This document shows, piece after piece, positions 19,886-29,480 of a stretch of 64,000 nucleotides of DNA (position 1 is its first letter; the number at the start of each line of letters is the position of its first letter). The notes under the pieces are model-generated. The model was not told the origin of the DNA. It worked only from the letters and a program-made list of their open reading frames with translations, and did no database searches. Origin of the DNA: Bacillota bacterium (GTDB taxonomy: Bacteria > Bacillota_I > Bacilli_A > RF39 > UBA660); the NCBI GenBank assembly GCA_023430885.1, contig JAEYYH010000006.1, positions 5,615 to 69,614 of the forward strand, written 5' to 3'. The position numbers were made by a program, and so were the translations under genes.

Positions 19886-21356
19886 TATAGTTGATAATTA
19901 TTTATCAAAAGAAGAAAAAGAAGAGTATTTAAAAATTATAAATGGTATAAAAACTGAACATCTTTATAAAAGTAAAATACATGGTCTTTTTCATAGTGAG
20001 AAAGTTTGCCTTTTTGCGTTTATAATAGCAAAAAGATTAAAGCTAAATGATATTGATATGCAGATTATTATTGATGCTGCTCTTTATCATGATATAGGAA
20101 GACAAAATGATACTAATGATTCAATTCATGGTTATGCATCAGCTTATCGAATTGATAGGGTATTAGATAATGTAATCTATGAAGATGAAGAAAATTTAAA
20201 CATGTTAAAAGCAATTATAGATAGTCACTCAGTTGATGACGAACACAGTAATAATTCTTTCGGTTATTATTTTGATTATGAAGGTGACAAAGGGCTAATA
20301 GATGGGCCTATATACGATCGCTTTATTAGATTAAATAATATTTTAAAAGATGCTGATGGTTTAGATAGAAACAGGTTTGTAGATGGCTATTGTTTTGGTT
20401 TAGATGAAAGATTTTTAAGATTACCTGAATCTAAAAAATTAATTGAGTTATCAAGAGAAATAAATGACTTATATACAGATAATTATGCTAAAGAAGTTGA
20501 CTTAAAAAGAGTAAAAGGTGCATATAACAAATGTGTTCATGGAATAGGTTTTGATTTCTTTAAAATGAGATCTATTCTTGAAAACGGTATATTATCAGCT
20601 TCCACTTTACGTGATAAAAAAATAGAAGGTGTTAAAAACTTTAATGGTGGTAATACGCGTAATTGGATATCAGTTGTTGATGAATCTTTAATTGATAAAG
20701 GATATACTGGGTTTGAAACGTTTATTAAAAATAGTATAAACTTTAAGTGTAGTGAACAGTTCCTAGTTGAACCTATGACATATGGTGAACGTTCTGTTGC
20801 TATGGAAAAAGGTTTGCCTTATAATAAGAGTGATCATAAAGATGAAAGATATGTATATAAGGAAATATTACCAGAAAATATTGACGGTATTGTGCTATTT
20901 AAAGCAGCAGCAAGTAAGAGGATAGATGAGGCTGTATTTCTATTTAATTGTCTAGATTATAGAACTTTCTTATCACGAGTAAGTTATTATGTAGAAATGA
21001 CAAATGCTGAAGAGTTAGGCTATAGCAAAGAAAAATTAGGTACTTGTTTATTAGAATATAAAATAGAGTTAGATAAATATAATGACTGTAAATTTGCTAA
21101 TATCCCATGTGATGGTCAAAAACTAGTTTTAAATTTAACTGCGATACTAAATAAAATAAATACTATAATAATACAGATGATTAAAAAGTATTATTGTAGT
21201 GAAATGAAAACTGATGCTAACGAGCTTACTATAATGGATATAGTTGCATATGAATTAGCAAAAACAGGTAAAGAATATAGCTCAGTTATAACGGAAGAAC
21301 AAATTATATTTATGCCTAGTGAAAAGGTTAAAAGAATATTTAGCAATCTCTCTTGA
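19845..21356 (+). CDS. HD-domain phosphohydrolase-like protein with a large uncharacterised C-terminal region
   Basis: The HD motif LFHSEKV...LYHDIGR is present. The gene overlaps the end of the upstream gene by about 40 nt. Confidence 0.5.
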   Translation: MERLIHNIIKEENSIVDNYLSKEEKEEYLKIINGIKTEHLYKSKIHGLFHSEKVCLFAFIIAKRLKLNDIDMQIIIDAALYHDIGRQNDTNDSIHGYASAYRIDRVLDNVIYEDEENLNMLKAIIDSHSVDDEHSNNSFGYYFDYEGDKGLIDGPIYDRFIRLNNILKDADGLDRNRFVDGYCFGLDERFLRLPESKKLIELSREINDLYTDNYAKEVDLKRVKGAYNKCVHGIGFDFFKMRSILENGILSASTLRDKKIEGVKNFNGGNTRNWISVVDESLIDKGYTGFETFIKNSINFKCSEQFLVEPMTYGERSVAMEKGLPYNKSDHKDERYVYKEILPENIDGIVLFKAAASKRIDEAVFLFNCLDYRTFLSRVSYYVEMTNAEELGYSKEKLGTCLLEYKIELDKYNDCKFANIPCDGQKLVLNLTAILNKINTIIIQMIKKYYCSEMKTDANELTIMDIVAYELAKTGKEYSSVITEEQIIFMPSEKVKRIFSNLS

Positions 21357-21434
21357 CAAGTGCTAAAACAGTGATATAATTATAGGTGAATGTAAATGCA
21401 TTCACTTTTTTAGTAAATAAAAGGAGGGATATTT

Positions 21435-23531
21435 ATGGATTTTGAAAATAAAGATGAAAATGTTTTAGAAAAATATGGTCGCGATATTGTTCAAAGTGTT
21501 AAAGATGGAAAAGTAGATCCAGTAATTGGTAGAGATGATGAAATTGCTAGCATTACAAGAATACTTTCTAGAAAAACAAAGAATAACCCTGTATTAATAG
21601 GTGAGCCTGGAGTAGGTAAGACAGCTATTGTTGAAGGACTTGCTCATCGTATTGTTAAAGGAGATGTTCCTAATAGCTTAAAAGATAAAATTATTTGGGA
21701 ACTTGATTTAGGGGCTTTAATTGCAGGTGCTAAATATCGTGGTGAATTTGAAGAAAGACTAAAAAAAGTATTAAAAGAAGTAAAAAATTCTGATGGTAAA
21801 ATTATTATGTTTATTGATGAAATACACATGATAGTTGGAGCTGGTTCTGATGGAGCAGTAGATGCAGGTAATATGTTAAAACCAATGCTTGCAAGATCAG
21901 AAATACACTGTATTGGTGCCACTACTTTAAATGAATATAGAAAGTATATAGAGAAAGATGGCGCCCTTGAAAGAAGATTTCAAAAAGTATTAGTTGGAGA
22001 ACCAACAGTTATGGATACTATAACAATTCTTAGAGGATTAAAACATCGTTTTGAAGTATATCATGGTGTTAATATTAAAGATAGTGCACTTGTTGCAGCA
22101 GCATCTTTATCAGACAGATATATAACAGATAGATTTTTACCTGATAAAGCAATCGATTTAGTTGATGAAGCATGTGCAACTATACGAGTTCAGATGGATT
22201 CAGTACCAACTTCTTTAGATAAATTAACTAGAGAAATAATGGGTCTAGAAATAGAACATACATCTTTAAAAAAAGAAAAAGATGATATGTCTAAAAAAAG
22301 ACTAGAAGAAATAAATAATAATTTAGTTACTTTAAAAGAAGAAGAGAAAAAATTAAGAAGTGATTGGGAAGAAGAAAAGAGAATAAATGGTCTTATTAAA
22401 GATAAAAAAAGCGAAATAGAAAAAAACAAGTTTAAACTAGAAAATGCTGAAAATAATTATGATCTAGAACTTGCTGCTAAACTTCGTCATGGCATTATAC
22501 CAAAACTTGAAAATGAACTTACTAGTTTACAAGGACAAAACCGTTCAGACATTTTAAGTGATACAATTGATGATGAATCAATTGCAGCTATAATTTCTAG
22601 ATGGACTAATATACCAATTAGTAAGTTAGTAGGTGGCGAAAGAGATAAATTACTTCATTTAGAAGAAAATATGAAAAATAGAGTAAAAGGTCAAGATGAA
22701 GCAATTAAACTTGTAAGTAATGCCATTATAAGAGCAAGAGCAGGTATAAAAGATCCTAATAGACCAATTGGTTCATTTATCTTTTTAGGGCCTACTGGAG
22801 TAGGAAAAACAGAAGTTGCTAAAACATTAGCATATGAGCTATTTGATGATGAAAGACATATGGTAAGAATTGATATGAGTGAATATATGGAAAGTTTTTC
22901 TGTATCAAGATTAGTTGGAGCCCCTCCGGGATATGTTGGATATGATGAAGGTGGACAATTAACTGAAGCAGTAAGAAGAAATCCATACAGCATAGTTTTA
23001 TTTGATGAAATAGAAAAAGCACATAAAGATGTCTTTAATATACTTCTTCAAATACTTGATGATGGACGCATTACTGATAGTCAAGGTAGAACAGTAGATT
23101 TTAAGAATACAATAATAATTATGACTTCTAATTTAGGTAGTCAGTATATTTTAGATGATAAAGAAAATGCTACTGAACTTGTTAATATGGAACTTAAAAA
23201 TACCTTTAAACCAGAATTTTTAAATCGTATTGATGAAATAATAATGTTTAATTCATTATCAAAAGATGTAGTATATTCTATATTAGATAAGATAATTAAG
23301 GAATTGGAATATAGATTATCTGATAAGCAATTAAAAGTAGTGTTAACAGATAAAACAAAGAAATATATTATTGATAATGCATATGATGAACATTATGGTG
23401 CAAGACCAATAAAGAGATTTGTAAGTCAGAATATAGAAACTTTAATTGCAAATAATATTATTAAAGATAATATAAAATTTGGTAGTACAATTACTGTTGA
23501 TATTGATAATGATGAATTTATATTAAGATAA
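21435..23531 (+). CDS. clpB: ClpB-type AAA+ disaggregase lacking the N-terminal domain
   Basis: Two AAA modules (GEPGVGKT and GPTGVGKT Walker A) flank a coiled-coil middle domain, as in ClpB. The protein starts at the NBD1 linker and is about 700 aa. Confidence 0.8.
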   Translation: MDFENKDENVLEKYGRDIVQSVKDGKVDPVIGRDDEIASITRILSRKTKNNPVLIGEPGVGKTAIVEGLAHRIVKGDVPNSLKDKIIWELDLGALIAGAKYRGEFEERLKKVLKEVKNSDGKIIMFIDEIHMIVGAGSDGAVDAGNMLKPMLARSEIHCIGATTLNEYRKYIEKDGALERRFQKVLVGEPTVMDTITILRGLKHRFEVYHGVNIKDSALVAAASLSDRYITDRFLPDKAIDLVDEACATIRVQMDSVPTSLDKLTREIMGLEIEHTSLKKEKDDMSKKRLEEINNNLVTLKEEEKKLRSDWEEEKRINGLIKDKKSEIEKNKFKLENAENNYDLELAAKLRHGIIPKLENELTSLQGQNRSDILSDTIDDESIAAIISRWTNIPISKLVGGERDKLLHLEENMKNRVKGQDEAIKLVSNAIIRARAGIKDPNRPIGSFIFLGPTGVGKTEVAKTLAYELFDDERHMVRIDMSEYMESFSVSRLVGAPPGYVGYDEGGQLTEAVRRNPYSIVLFDEIEKAHKDVFNILLQILDDGRITDSQGRTVDFKNTIIIMTSNLGSQYILDDKENATELVNMELKNTFKPEFLNRIDEIIMFNSLSKDVVYSILDKIIKELEYRLSDKQLKVVLTDKTKKYIIDNAYDEHYGARPIKRFVSQNIETLIANNIIKDNIKFGSTITVDIDNDEFILR

Positions 23532-23637
23532 GCTTTAGCTTATCTTCTTTTTGTAAATACTGTGTAAATTTATTTTATGGTAATTTACTTTATTCTTTTG
23601 TCTATGTTATCATGTAAATGATAGATAGGAGTATAAA

Positions 23638-24741
23638 ATGAAAAAAAGAGGTTTTACATTAATAGAATTACTGGCAGTAATTTTAATCCTTGGTATAATT
23701 GCATTAATTGCAATACCTATAGTAAATAAAATAATAAAAGAAAGTAGAAGAGGTGCATTTGAAACAACTGCAAATAATATAGTAGGTGCGATAGAAGATG
23801 CATGCCAGCTTCAAGTTTTAAAGGGTGAAACGATAACAACAAGTTATAACTTTGCAAATGGTATAGTAACACCAGCCCTAAATGTCAAAGGAAAATTACC
23901 AACAACTGGAAAAGTAACTGTTAATGGTGATTGCGACATAACACTTAATGTAAATAATGGGGTATATTCAGCAACAAAAGAATACGATGAAGAAAATGTT
24001 ACAATAGTAGACGGTGTAGTTCCGCTTTCATATTCAGTATATGCTAATGGAACAGCAGTATATTTTAATCCAGAAACAGGAACAAGATGTACAGCCGGAG
24101 AAGCTGTAAGTACAACAGGAACAAAAACAGGATGTATGAAATGGTATGCATTTAATGATAGTGGTGGAAGTGAAGCCCCTACAATTAATTTAATTTTAGA
24201 TCATAATACAACTGCTGTAGTAGCATGGAATTCTACAGGAAGTAATGTAAGTGGTCCAACAAATGTTATGACGCAACTTGTATCTGATACTAGTTCATGG
24301 GCAGGAGTACCTACAAGATCTGATAATTATAATGTAAGTAATGGAACATCAACTTATACAATAAATTATAGTACATATAAAGCTAGGCTAATGACAGCAG
24401 CAGAGGTGGCTGCAATATCAAGTAATTCTAGTTTTGCAGAAGCAACAACATCATATACAAACTGGTTTTATTTAGATAGTAATAATCAAACACAAACTGC
24501 AACATCAACTGGAGCAAGTAGTTATGATTGGTTATTTGATTATACAAATGGCTGTGCTAGTTACGGATGTAATGTAGCAGATGCAAGTACTTATGGATAC
24601 TGGACATCTACATCTGTTTCAGGTAATAATAGTCGCACTTGGTTTGTTGGTAGAGGCGGCTACTTAGACAATCTTGATGTAGTTTATGGAGATAGATATG
24701 GTATCCGTCCAGTTATAACTGTGTCAAAAAACAAACTATAA
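23638..24741 (+). CDS. Prepilin-type protein with a DUF1566/lectin-like C-terminal domain
   Basis: Leader MKKRG|FTLIELLAV. The C-terminus YWTSTS...TWFVGRGGYLDNLDVVYGDRYGIRPVITV fits the DUF1566 / Fib_succ_major pattern as recalled. Confidence 0.75.
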   Translation: MKKRGFTLIELLAVILILGIIALIAIPIVNKIIKESRRGAFETTANNIVGAIEDACQLQVLKGETITTSYNFANGIVTPALNVKGKLPTTGKVTVNGDCDITLNVNNGVYSATKEYDEENVTIVDGVVPLSYSVYANGTAVYFNPETGTRCTAGEAVSTTGTKTGCMKWYAFNDSGGSEAPTINLILDHNTTAVVAWNSTGSNVSGPTNVMTQLVSDTSSWAGVPTRSDNYNVSNGTSTYTINYSTYKARLMTAAEVAAISSNSSFAEATTSYTNWFYLDSNNQTQTATSTGASSYDWLFDYTNGCASYGCNVADASTYGYWTSTSVSGNNSRTWFVGRGGYLDNLDVVYGDRYGIRPVITVSKNKL

Positions 24742-24759
24742 GAATATAAAGATTAAAAA

Positions 24760-24786
24760 AGCAGTTTATAAAACTGTTTTTTATAT
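24760..24786 (+). terminator. Rho-independent terminator
   Basis: cagttt-ataa-aactg followed by a T-run. Confidence 0.55.
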
Positions 24787-24838
24787 ACCTTAATTTTGAT
24801 ATAATAGGTTTGAAAGAAATTTTATTAATGGGTATTAT

Positions 24839-25582
24839 ATGAATAAAGATGAAATATTAAAAAGAGTTCAAAAAAAAGAAGATAAGATGCTTGTTTCAAA
24901 TATACTAGATAAGTATTTGAAATATGATAAAACAGGAATTAGTACATATACAAATTTTTTAGATATAAGAACACTTGAAATAGCAGAAAATATACTTAAG
25001 TATTTAAAAGTTGATTATAAGGTTTATAAATCAAATGAAGTATGTGAAAAAAGTATAATATATTTTGGAAATTATGAAAACTTTATTACGATATACAAAA
25101 TAGATATAAAAGAAATTAAACATTCAGATGTTTTAGGAACTTTATTTTCTATTGGACTTGATAACGATACAATAGGTGACATTATTATTGAAGATGATTG
25201 CATTTATATAACTAATTTAACAAGGTTAAATGTGTTTTTAGAAAGTAGCCTTTATGTAATTAAAAACAGAAAAGTTAAGTTAAATGAAACTAATGAGATA
25301 AATGCTTCGAGAGAAAAATTTATAACTTTAAAAGTTACTGTACCAAGTTATAGATTGGATGTATTTATTGGTAAATTAGCCCATCTTAGTAGAACTGCTG
25401 CTGCAAAATATATAATTGATAAAATGGTACTTGTTAATTATAGTGAGACTACTAACACTAATAAAGTATTAAAAATTGGTGATATTATTTCTATTAGGAA
25501 AGTTGGTAAGTTTATTCTTTCAGAAGAAATACTTAAATCTAAAAAGGATAATTATGTAGTAGAAGTAAAAAAATATAACTAA
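24839..25582 (+). CDS. ylmH: YlmH-like S4-domain RNA-binding protein
   Basis: 247 aa with an S4-like motif SYRLDVFIGKLAHLSRTAAAKYI at the C-terminus. Confidence 0.6.
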   Translation: MNKDEILKRVQKKEDKMLVSNILDKYLKYDKTGISTYTNFLDIRTLEIAENILKYLKVDYKVYKSNEVCEKSIIYFGNYENFITIYKIDIKEIKHSDVLGTLFSIGLDNDTIGDIIIEDDCIYITNLTRLNVFLESSLYVIKNRKVKLNETNEINASREKFITLKVTVPSYRLDVFIGKLAHLSRTAAAKYIIDKMVLVNYSETTNTNKVLKIGDIISIRKVGKFILSEEILKSKKDNYVVEVKKYN

Positions 25583-25677
25583 TGAAAATTAAAATAATTG
25601 AACATAAGGAAGTAAAACTTCCTTTTTTTAATTGTTTAATAAATAAAATTAATATATAATATTGTATAGGTGATAAT

Positions 25678-27048
25678 ATGATAAATATAAAAGCAGATTC
25701 AAGAAAAGTGAAAAATGGAGACATATTTGTAGCTCTTCGTGGTTTTAATAGTGATGGTCATGAATATATTGAAAAGGCTGTAGCTCTTGGTGCTTCTAAA
25801 CTTATTGTTATGGATGAAGGTAATTATCCTATTCCTTATGAAGTAGTACCAGATACAAGAGTATATTTAACAAATTATCTTAAAGAGAACTATGGTAAAT
25901 ATTTAGAAGAGATGAACATAGTGGGTTTTACCGGAACAAATGGAAAAACAACAAGTGCATATCTTTTATATGACGCATTAAATAAACTTGGTATTAAATG
26001 TGGATATATAGGCACAGTAGGACTTTATTTAAAGCAGGGAAAGGTAAGTGACTTACCTAACACTAGTCCAGATATTTGTGACATGTATGACATGATGATG
26101 GCGGCGTATGATGCTGGATATCGTAATATGGCTATTGAAGTTAGTAGTCAAGGTCTTGTTAGAGGTAGATTAGATACTATACCATTTAAATATGCTATAT
26201 TTACAAACTTAACTCAGGATCACTTAGATGAACATAAAACAATGGAAAATTATGCTAAAGCAAAAAGTTTATTATTTGATATGCTTACTAGTGAAGGTAT
26301 AAGTATAATTAATTATGACGATAAATATAAGGATTATTTTAAATCAAAATACACTGTTTATTATGGATTAAATGGTGGTGATTATAAAGTAACTGATACT
26401 ATTTATCATAATCAAGGAACAACTTTTAATTACATTCATAATGGAGAAGTTACAACTATAAATTCACCTCTTTTAGGGGAATATAACATATATAATCTAT
26501 TGAGTGTCATAGTAGTTTTAGAAAATATGACTATTCCAAAAGATAATATTGTAAAAGTTATTACTAAACTTACTTGTCCTCCAGGAAGAATGGATATAAT
26601 TAAATATAATACAAATAGTATTATTGTTGATTATGCTCATACACCAGACGCTATAGATAAAATTTTATCCACAGTAAAAAAAATAAAACATGATAATATA
26701 TACATAGTATTTGGGTGTACTGGAAGCCGTGATAGAACAAAAAGACCAATCATGATGAAATTAGTTACAGATAACTGTAAATATGCAGTAGTAACTATGG
26801 ATGATCCTCATGAAGAAGATCCTATGCATGTTGTTGAAGATATGCTAGAAGGAAATATTAATAGCAATTATGAAGTTATAATAGACAGAGGGAAAGCAAT
26901 AGAAAAGGGAATATCTTTATTAAATAATAATGATATATTATTAATACTTGGAAAAGGACATGAAGAATTTATTGTAATGAAGGATAATAAGATTCCTTTT
27001 AATGATAAAAATAAAGTAAACGAAGTATTAGATAAAATATCGGTTTAA
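25678..27048 (+). CDS. murE: UDP-MurNAc-tripeptide synthetase MurE paralog 1 (non-DNPR variant)
   Basis: The Mur ligase motifs GFTGTNGKTT and DYAHTPDA are present. The specificity motif is DDPH (TMDDPHEEDP) instead of DNPR. Confidence 0.85.
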   Translation: MINIKADSRKVKNGDIFVALRGFNSDGHEYIEKAVALGASKLIVMDEGNYPIPYEVVPDTRVYLTNYLKENYGKYLEEMNIVGFTGTNGKTTSAYLLYDALNKLGIKCGYIGTVGLYLKQGKVSDLPNTSPDICDMYDMMMAAYDAGYRNMAIEVSSQGLVRGRLDTIPFKYAIFTNLTQDHLDEHKTMENYAKAKSLLFDMLTSEGISIINYDDKYKDYFKSKYTVYYGLNGGDYKVTDTIYHNQGTTFNYIHNGEVTTINSPLLGEYNIYNLLSVIVVLENMTIPKDNIVKVITKLTCPPGRMDIIKYNTNSIIVDYAHTPDAIDKILSTVKKIKHDNIYIVFGCTGSRDRTKRPIMMKLVTDNCKYAVVTMDDPHEEDPMHVVEDMLEGNINSNYEVIIDRGKAIEKGISLLNNNDILLILGKGHEEFIVMKDNKIPFNDKNKVNEVLDKISV

Positions 27049-27090
27049 GCAAAAAATAGACATTCACATATAATATATGGGGGTGTTTTT

Positions 27091-28410
27091 TTGAACATAA
27101 AAATAGATTCGAGAAAGGTAGTAGATGGTGATATTTTCGTAGCTTTAGGCAAAGGTCACGAATATGTAGAAGAAGCTATCAATAATGGTGCTACTAAAGT
27201 AGTTGTAGAACACGGAAAATATTCAGTAGATACTTTGGTTGTTAAAGACACAAAAAAATATTTAATTAAATATTTAAAAGATAATTATTATAAGGAAATA
27301 AGTAATTTAAAATTAATAGGTATAACGGGAACAAATGGTAAAACAACAAGTGCATATTTAATATACCAGGCTCTAAATAAAGTTGGTATTAAATGTGGTT
27401 ATATAGGTACGATTGGTTTTTATTTAGATGGTAAAGTAGAAACTTTAAACAATACTACTCCAGAAATTTTAGATATATATGATATGCTTATAACTTGTCA
27501 AAATCAAGGTTGTAAAGTAGTAGTTATGGAAGTAAGTAGTCATGCTCTTGATATGAAAAGAGTTGATGGCTTGTTATTTGATTATGCAATATTTACTAAT
27601 TTAACAGAAGATCATTTGGATTACCATAAAAGTATAAAAAAATATTTTAAGGCCAAATTAAAACTATTTAAGAAATTAAAACCAACAGGTAAAGCTATTA
27701 TTAATGTTGATGATAAATATGGCAGAAAAATCAAAACTAAAAATTTAATAACTATAAGTTCATATAGTGGAGATTATTTAATTGAAGATTACGTATTTAG
27801 TGATAAAACTAAATTCATAGTAAATAATAATAAGTATGAGATGACGTTACTAGGGATATATAATATTTATAACATGCTTAATGCAATAGTTATATTAGAT
27901 GAATTTAACGTTAAAAATAAATATAAAATTGTAAAAAAATTATCTGCGCCGCCCGGAAGAATGCAAATAATTAATTATAAAAGTAACAAGATTATTGTTG
28001 ATTATGCTCATACTCCGGACGCTGTAGAAAATATATTAAAAAGTGTAAAAGACTTTGCTAAATCAAAAATTTATGTTATTATTGGTTGTGGCGGCAATAG
28101 GGATAGGTTTAAAAGACCTATTATGGCCAGAATTGCCACAAACTTATCAGATTATGTGATATTAACTAGTGATAATCCTAGGGATGAAGATCCAGATATG
28201 ATAATAGATGATATGATAAAAGGAATAGAAAAAGACAATTATCAAATAATTGTAAACCGTAGTGAAGCTATTCAAAATGGAGTGCAATTACTAAAAAATA
28301 ATGATATACTATTATTGCTTGGTAAAGGACATGAAACTTACCAAATAATAGGGAAAGAAAAAATTTATTTTGACGATAAAAACGAAGTAGAGAAATGTAT
28401 TAGGAGATGA
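27091..28410 (+). CDS. murE: UDP-MurNAc-L-Ala-D-Glu:meso-DAP ligase MurE paralog 2 (DNPR type)
   Basis: GITGTNGKTT and DYAHTPDA are present together with the canonical DNPR motif (TSDNPRDEDP). TTG start. Confidence 0.85.
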   Translation: MNIKIDSRKVVDGDIFVALGKGHEYVEEAINNGATKVVVEHGKYSVDTLVVKDTKKYLIKYLKDNYYKEISNLKLIGITGTNGKTTSAYLIYQALNKVGIKCGYIGTIGFYLDGKVETLNNTTPEILDIYDMLITCQNQGCKVVVMEVSSHALDMKRVDGLLFDYAIFTNLTEDHLDYHKSIKKYFKAKLKLFKKLKPTGKAIINVDDKYGRKIKTKNLITISSYSGDYLIEDYVFSDKTKFIVNNNKYEMTLLGIYNIYNMLNAIVILDEFNVKNKYKIVKKLSAPPGRMQIINYKSNKIIVDYAHTPDAVENILKSVKDFAKSKIYVIIGCGGNRDRFKRPIMARIATNLSDYVILTSDNPRDEDPDMIIDDMIKGIEKDNYQIIVNRSEAIQNGVQLLKNNDILLLLGKGHETYQIIGKEKIYFDDKNEVEKCIRR

Positions 28411-28414
28411 TTTT

Positions 28415-29407
28415 GTGTTAATACTAGCCAAAGCGATGCTTGCAATGATGATAGGTTTTATTTCATCAGTCATTTTTGGCCTTATTTTAATTCCTATATT
28501 AAAAAGAATTAAAATAAAACAAAAAGTAAGCATATATTTAGAGAACAAACATAAACAAAAAGACGGTACTCCAACTATGGGAGGCCTTATATTTATAATA
28601 CCAACTATTTTTGCTGTAATAGTATTACTTATTATGGGGAGAATTCATTTTAGTGAAAACTTATTTATTGTATTATTTGTATTTTTAGCATATGGGTTAT
28701 TAGGTTTTGTGGATGACTATTTAAGCATAAAAAGACATAATAATGAAGGTTTAACTGAGATACAAAAATTATTTGGTCAATTAGTTATTGCATTAGTATT
28801 TTTCTATATATTTATGAAAACGGGAAATGAACCATCATTAAATGTTCATACACTTGGATTTAATATTAATATGGGCTGGTTCTACGGCATATTCTTATTA
28901 TTTATATTAGTAGCAAGCTCTAATGCTGTTAATTTAACAGATGGACTTGATGGACTTGCAGGAGGTTTATCTGCTATAGCATTTTTAGCTTTTGGACTTA
29001 TTGCTTGGAATTCAACATATACAGCAGGATATCAAGATTTAGCAATTTTCTGTTTTGTCTTAATGGGATCACTTTTAGGGTTCTTGGTATTTAATACGCA
29101 TCCTGCAAAAATATTTATGGGAGATACAGGATCACTTTCTTTGGGTGGTACCCTTGCTTCAATAGCAATTCTTACTAACCACGAAATAACTCTTATTGTT
29201 GTAGCAGGTGTATTCATTATAGAAACATTAAGTGCTATTATTCAAATGACAGGAATTATGATGTTCCATAAGAAAATTTTTCTAATGGCACCACTTCACC
29301 ATCATTTTGAAAAAAAGGGTTATAGTGAAAGTGATATAGTTAAAGCATTTTGGATAGTTGGTTTATGTTTAGCAACTGCGGCAGTTGGCTTTGGTGTTTG
29401 GATTTAA
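28415..29407 (+). CDS. mraY: Phospho-N-acetylmuramoyl-pentapeptide transferase
   Basis: 330 aa polytopic protein with the conserved NAVNLTDGLDGLA and MGDTGSL motifs. Confidence 0.9.
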   Translation: MLILAKAMLAMMIGFISSVIFGLILIPILKRIKIKQKVSIYLENKHKQKDGTPTMGGLIFIIPTIFAVIVLLIMGRIHFSENLFIVLFVFLAYGLLGFVDDYLSIKRHNNEGLTEIQKLFGQLVIALVFFYIFMKTGNEPSLNVHTLGFNINMGWFYGIFLLFILVASSNAVNLTDGLDGLAGGLSAIAFLAFGLIAWNSTYTAGYQDLAIFCFVLMGSLLGFLVFNTHPAKIFMGDTGSLSLGGTLASIAILTNHEITLIVVAGVFIIETLSAIIQMTGIMMFHKKIFLMAPLHHHFEKKGYSESDIVKAFWIVGLCLATAAVGFGVWI

Positions 29408-29432
29408 AGAAGATTGTATCTTCTTTTTTTTG
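29405..29432 (+). terminator. Rho-independent terminator after mraY
   Basis: aagaagat-tgt-atcttctt followed by T9. Confidence 0.65.
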
Positions 29433-29480
29433 TCGTATCGTGTTATAATTATCATAATAATATACGGAGGTTGCGTAAAT

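Noticed and set aside
29385-29480. N-terminal extension (MALVFGFKEDCIFFFLSYRVIIII...) of the 727-aa ORF listed in the track
   Set aside because: The extension covers the mraY terminator and its T-run. A GGAGG RBS and an ATG giving the canonical MKNKG|FTLIE prepilin leader occur at 29481, so the upstream part is not translated.
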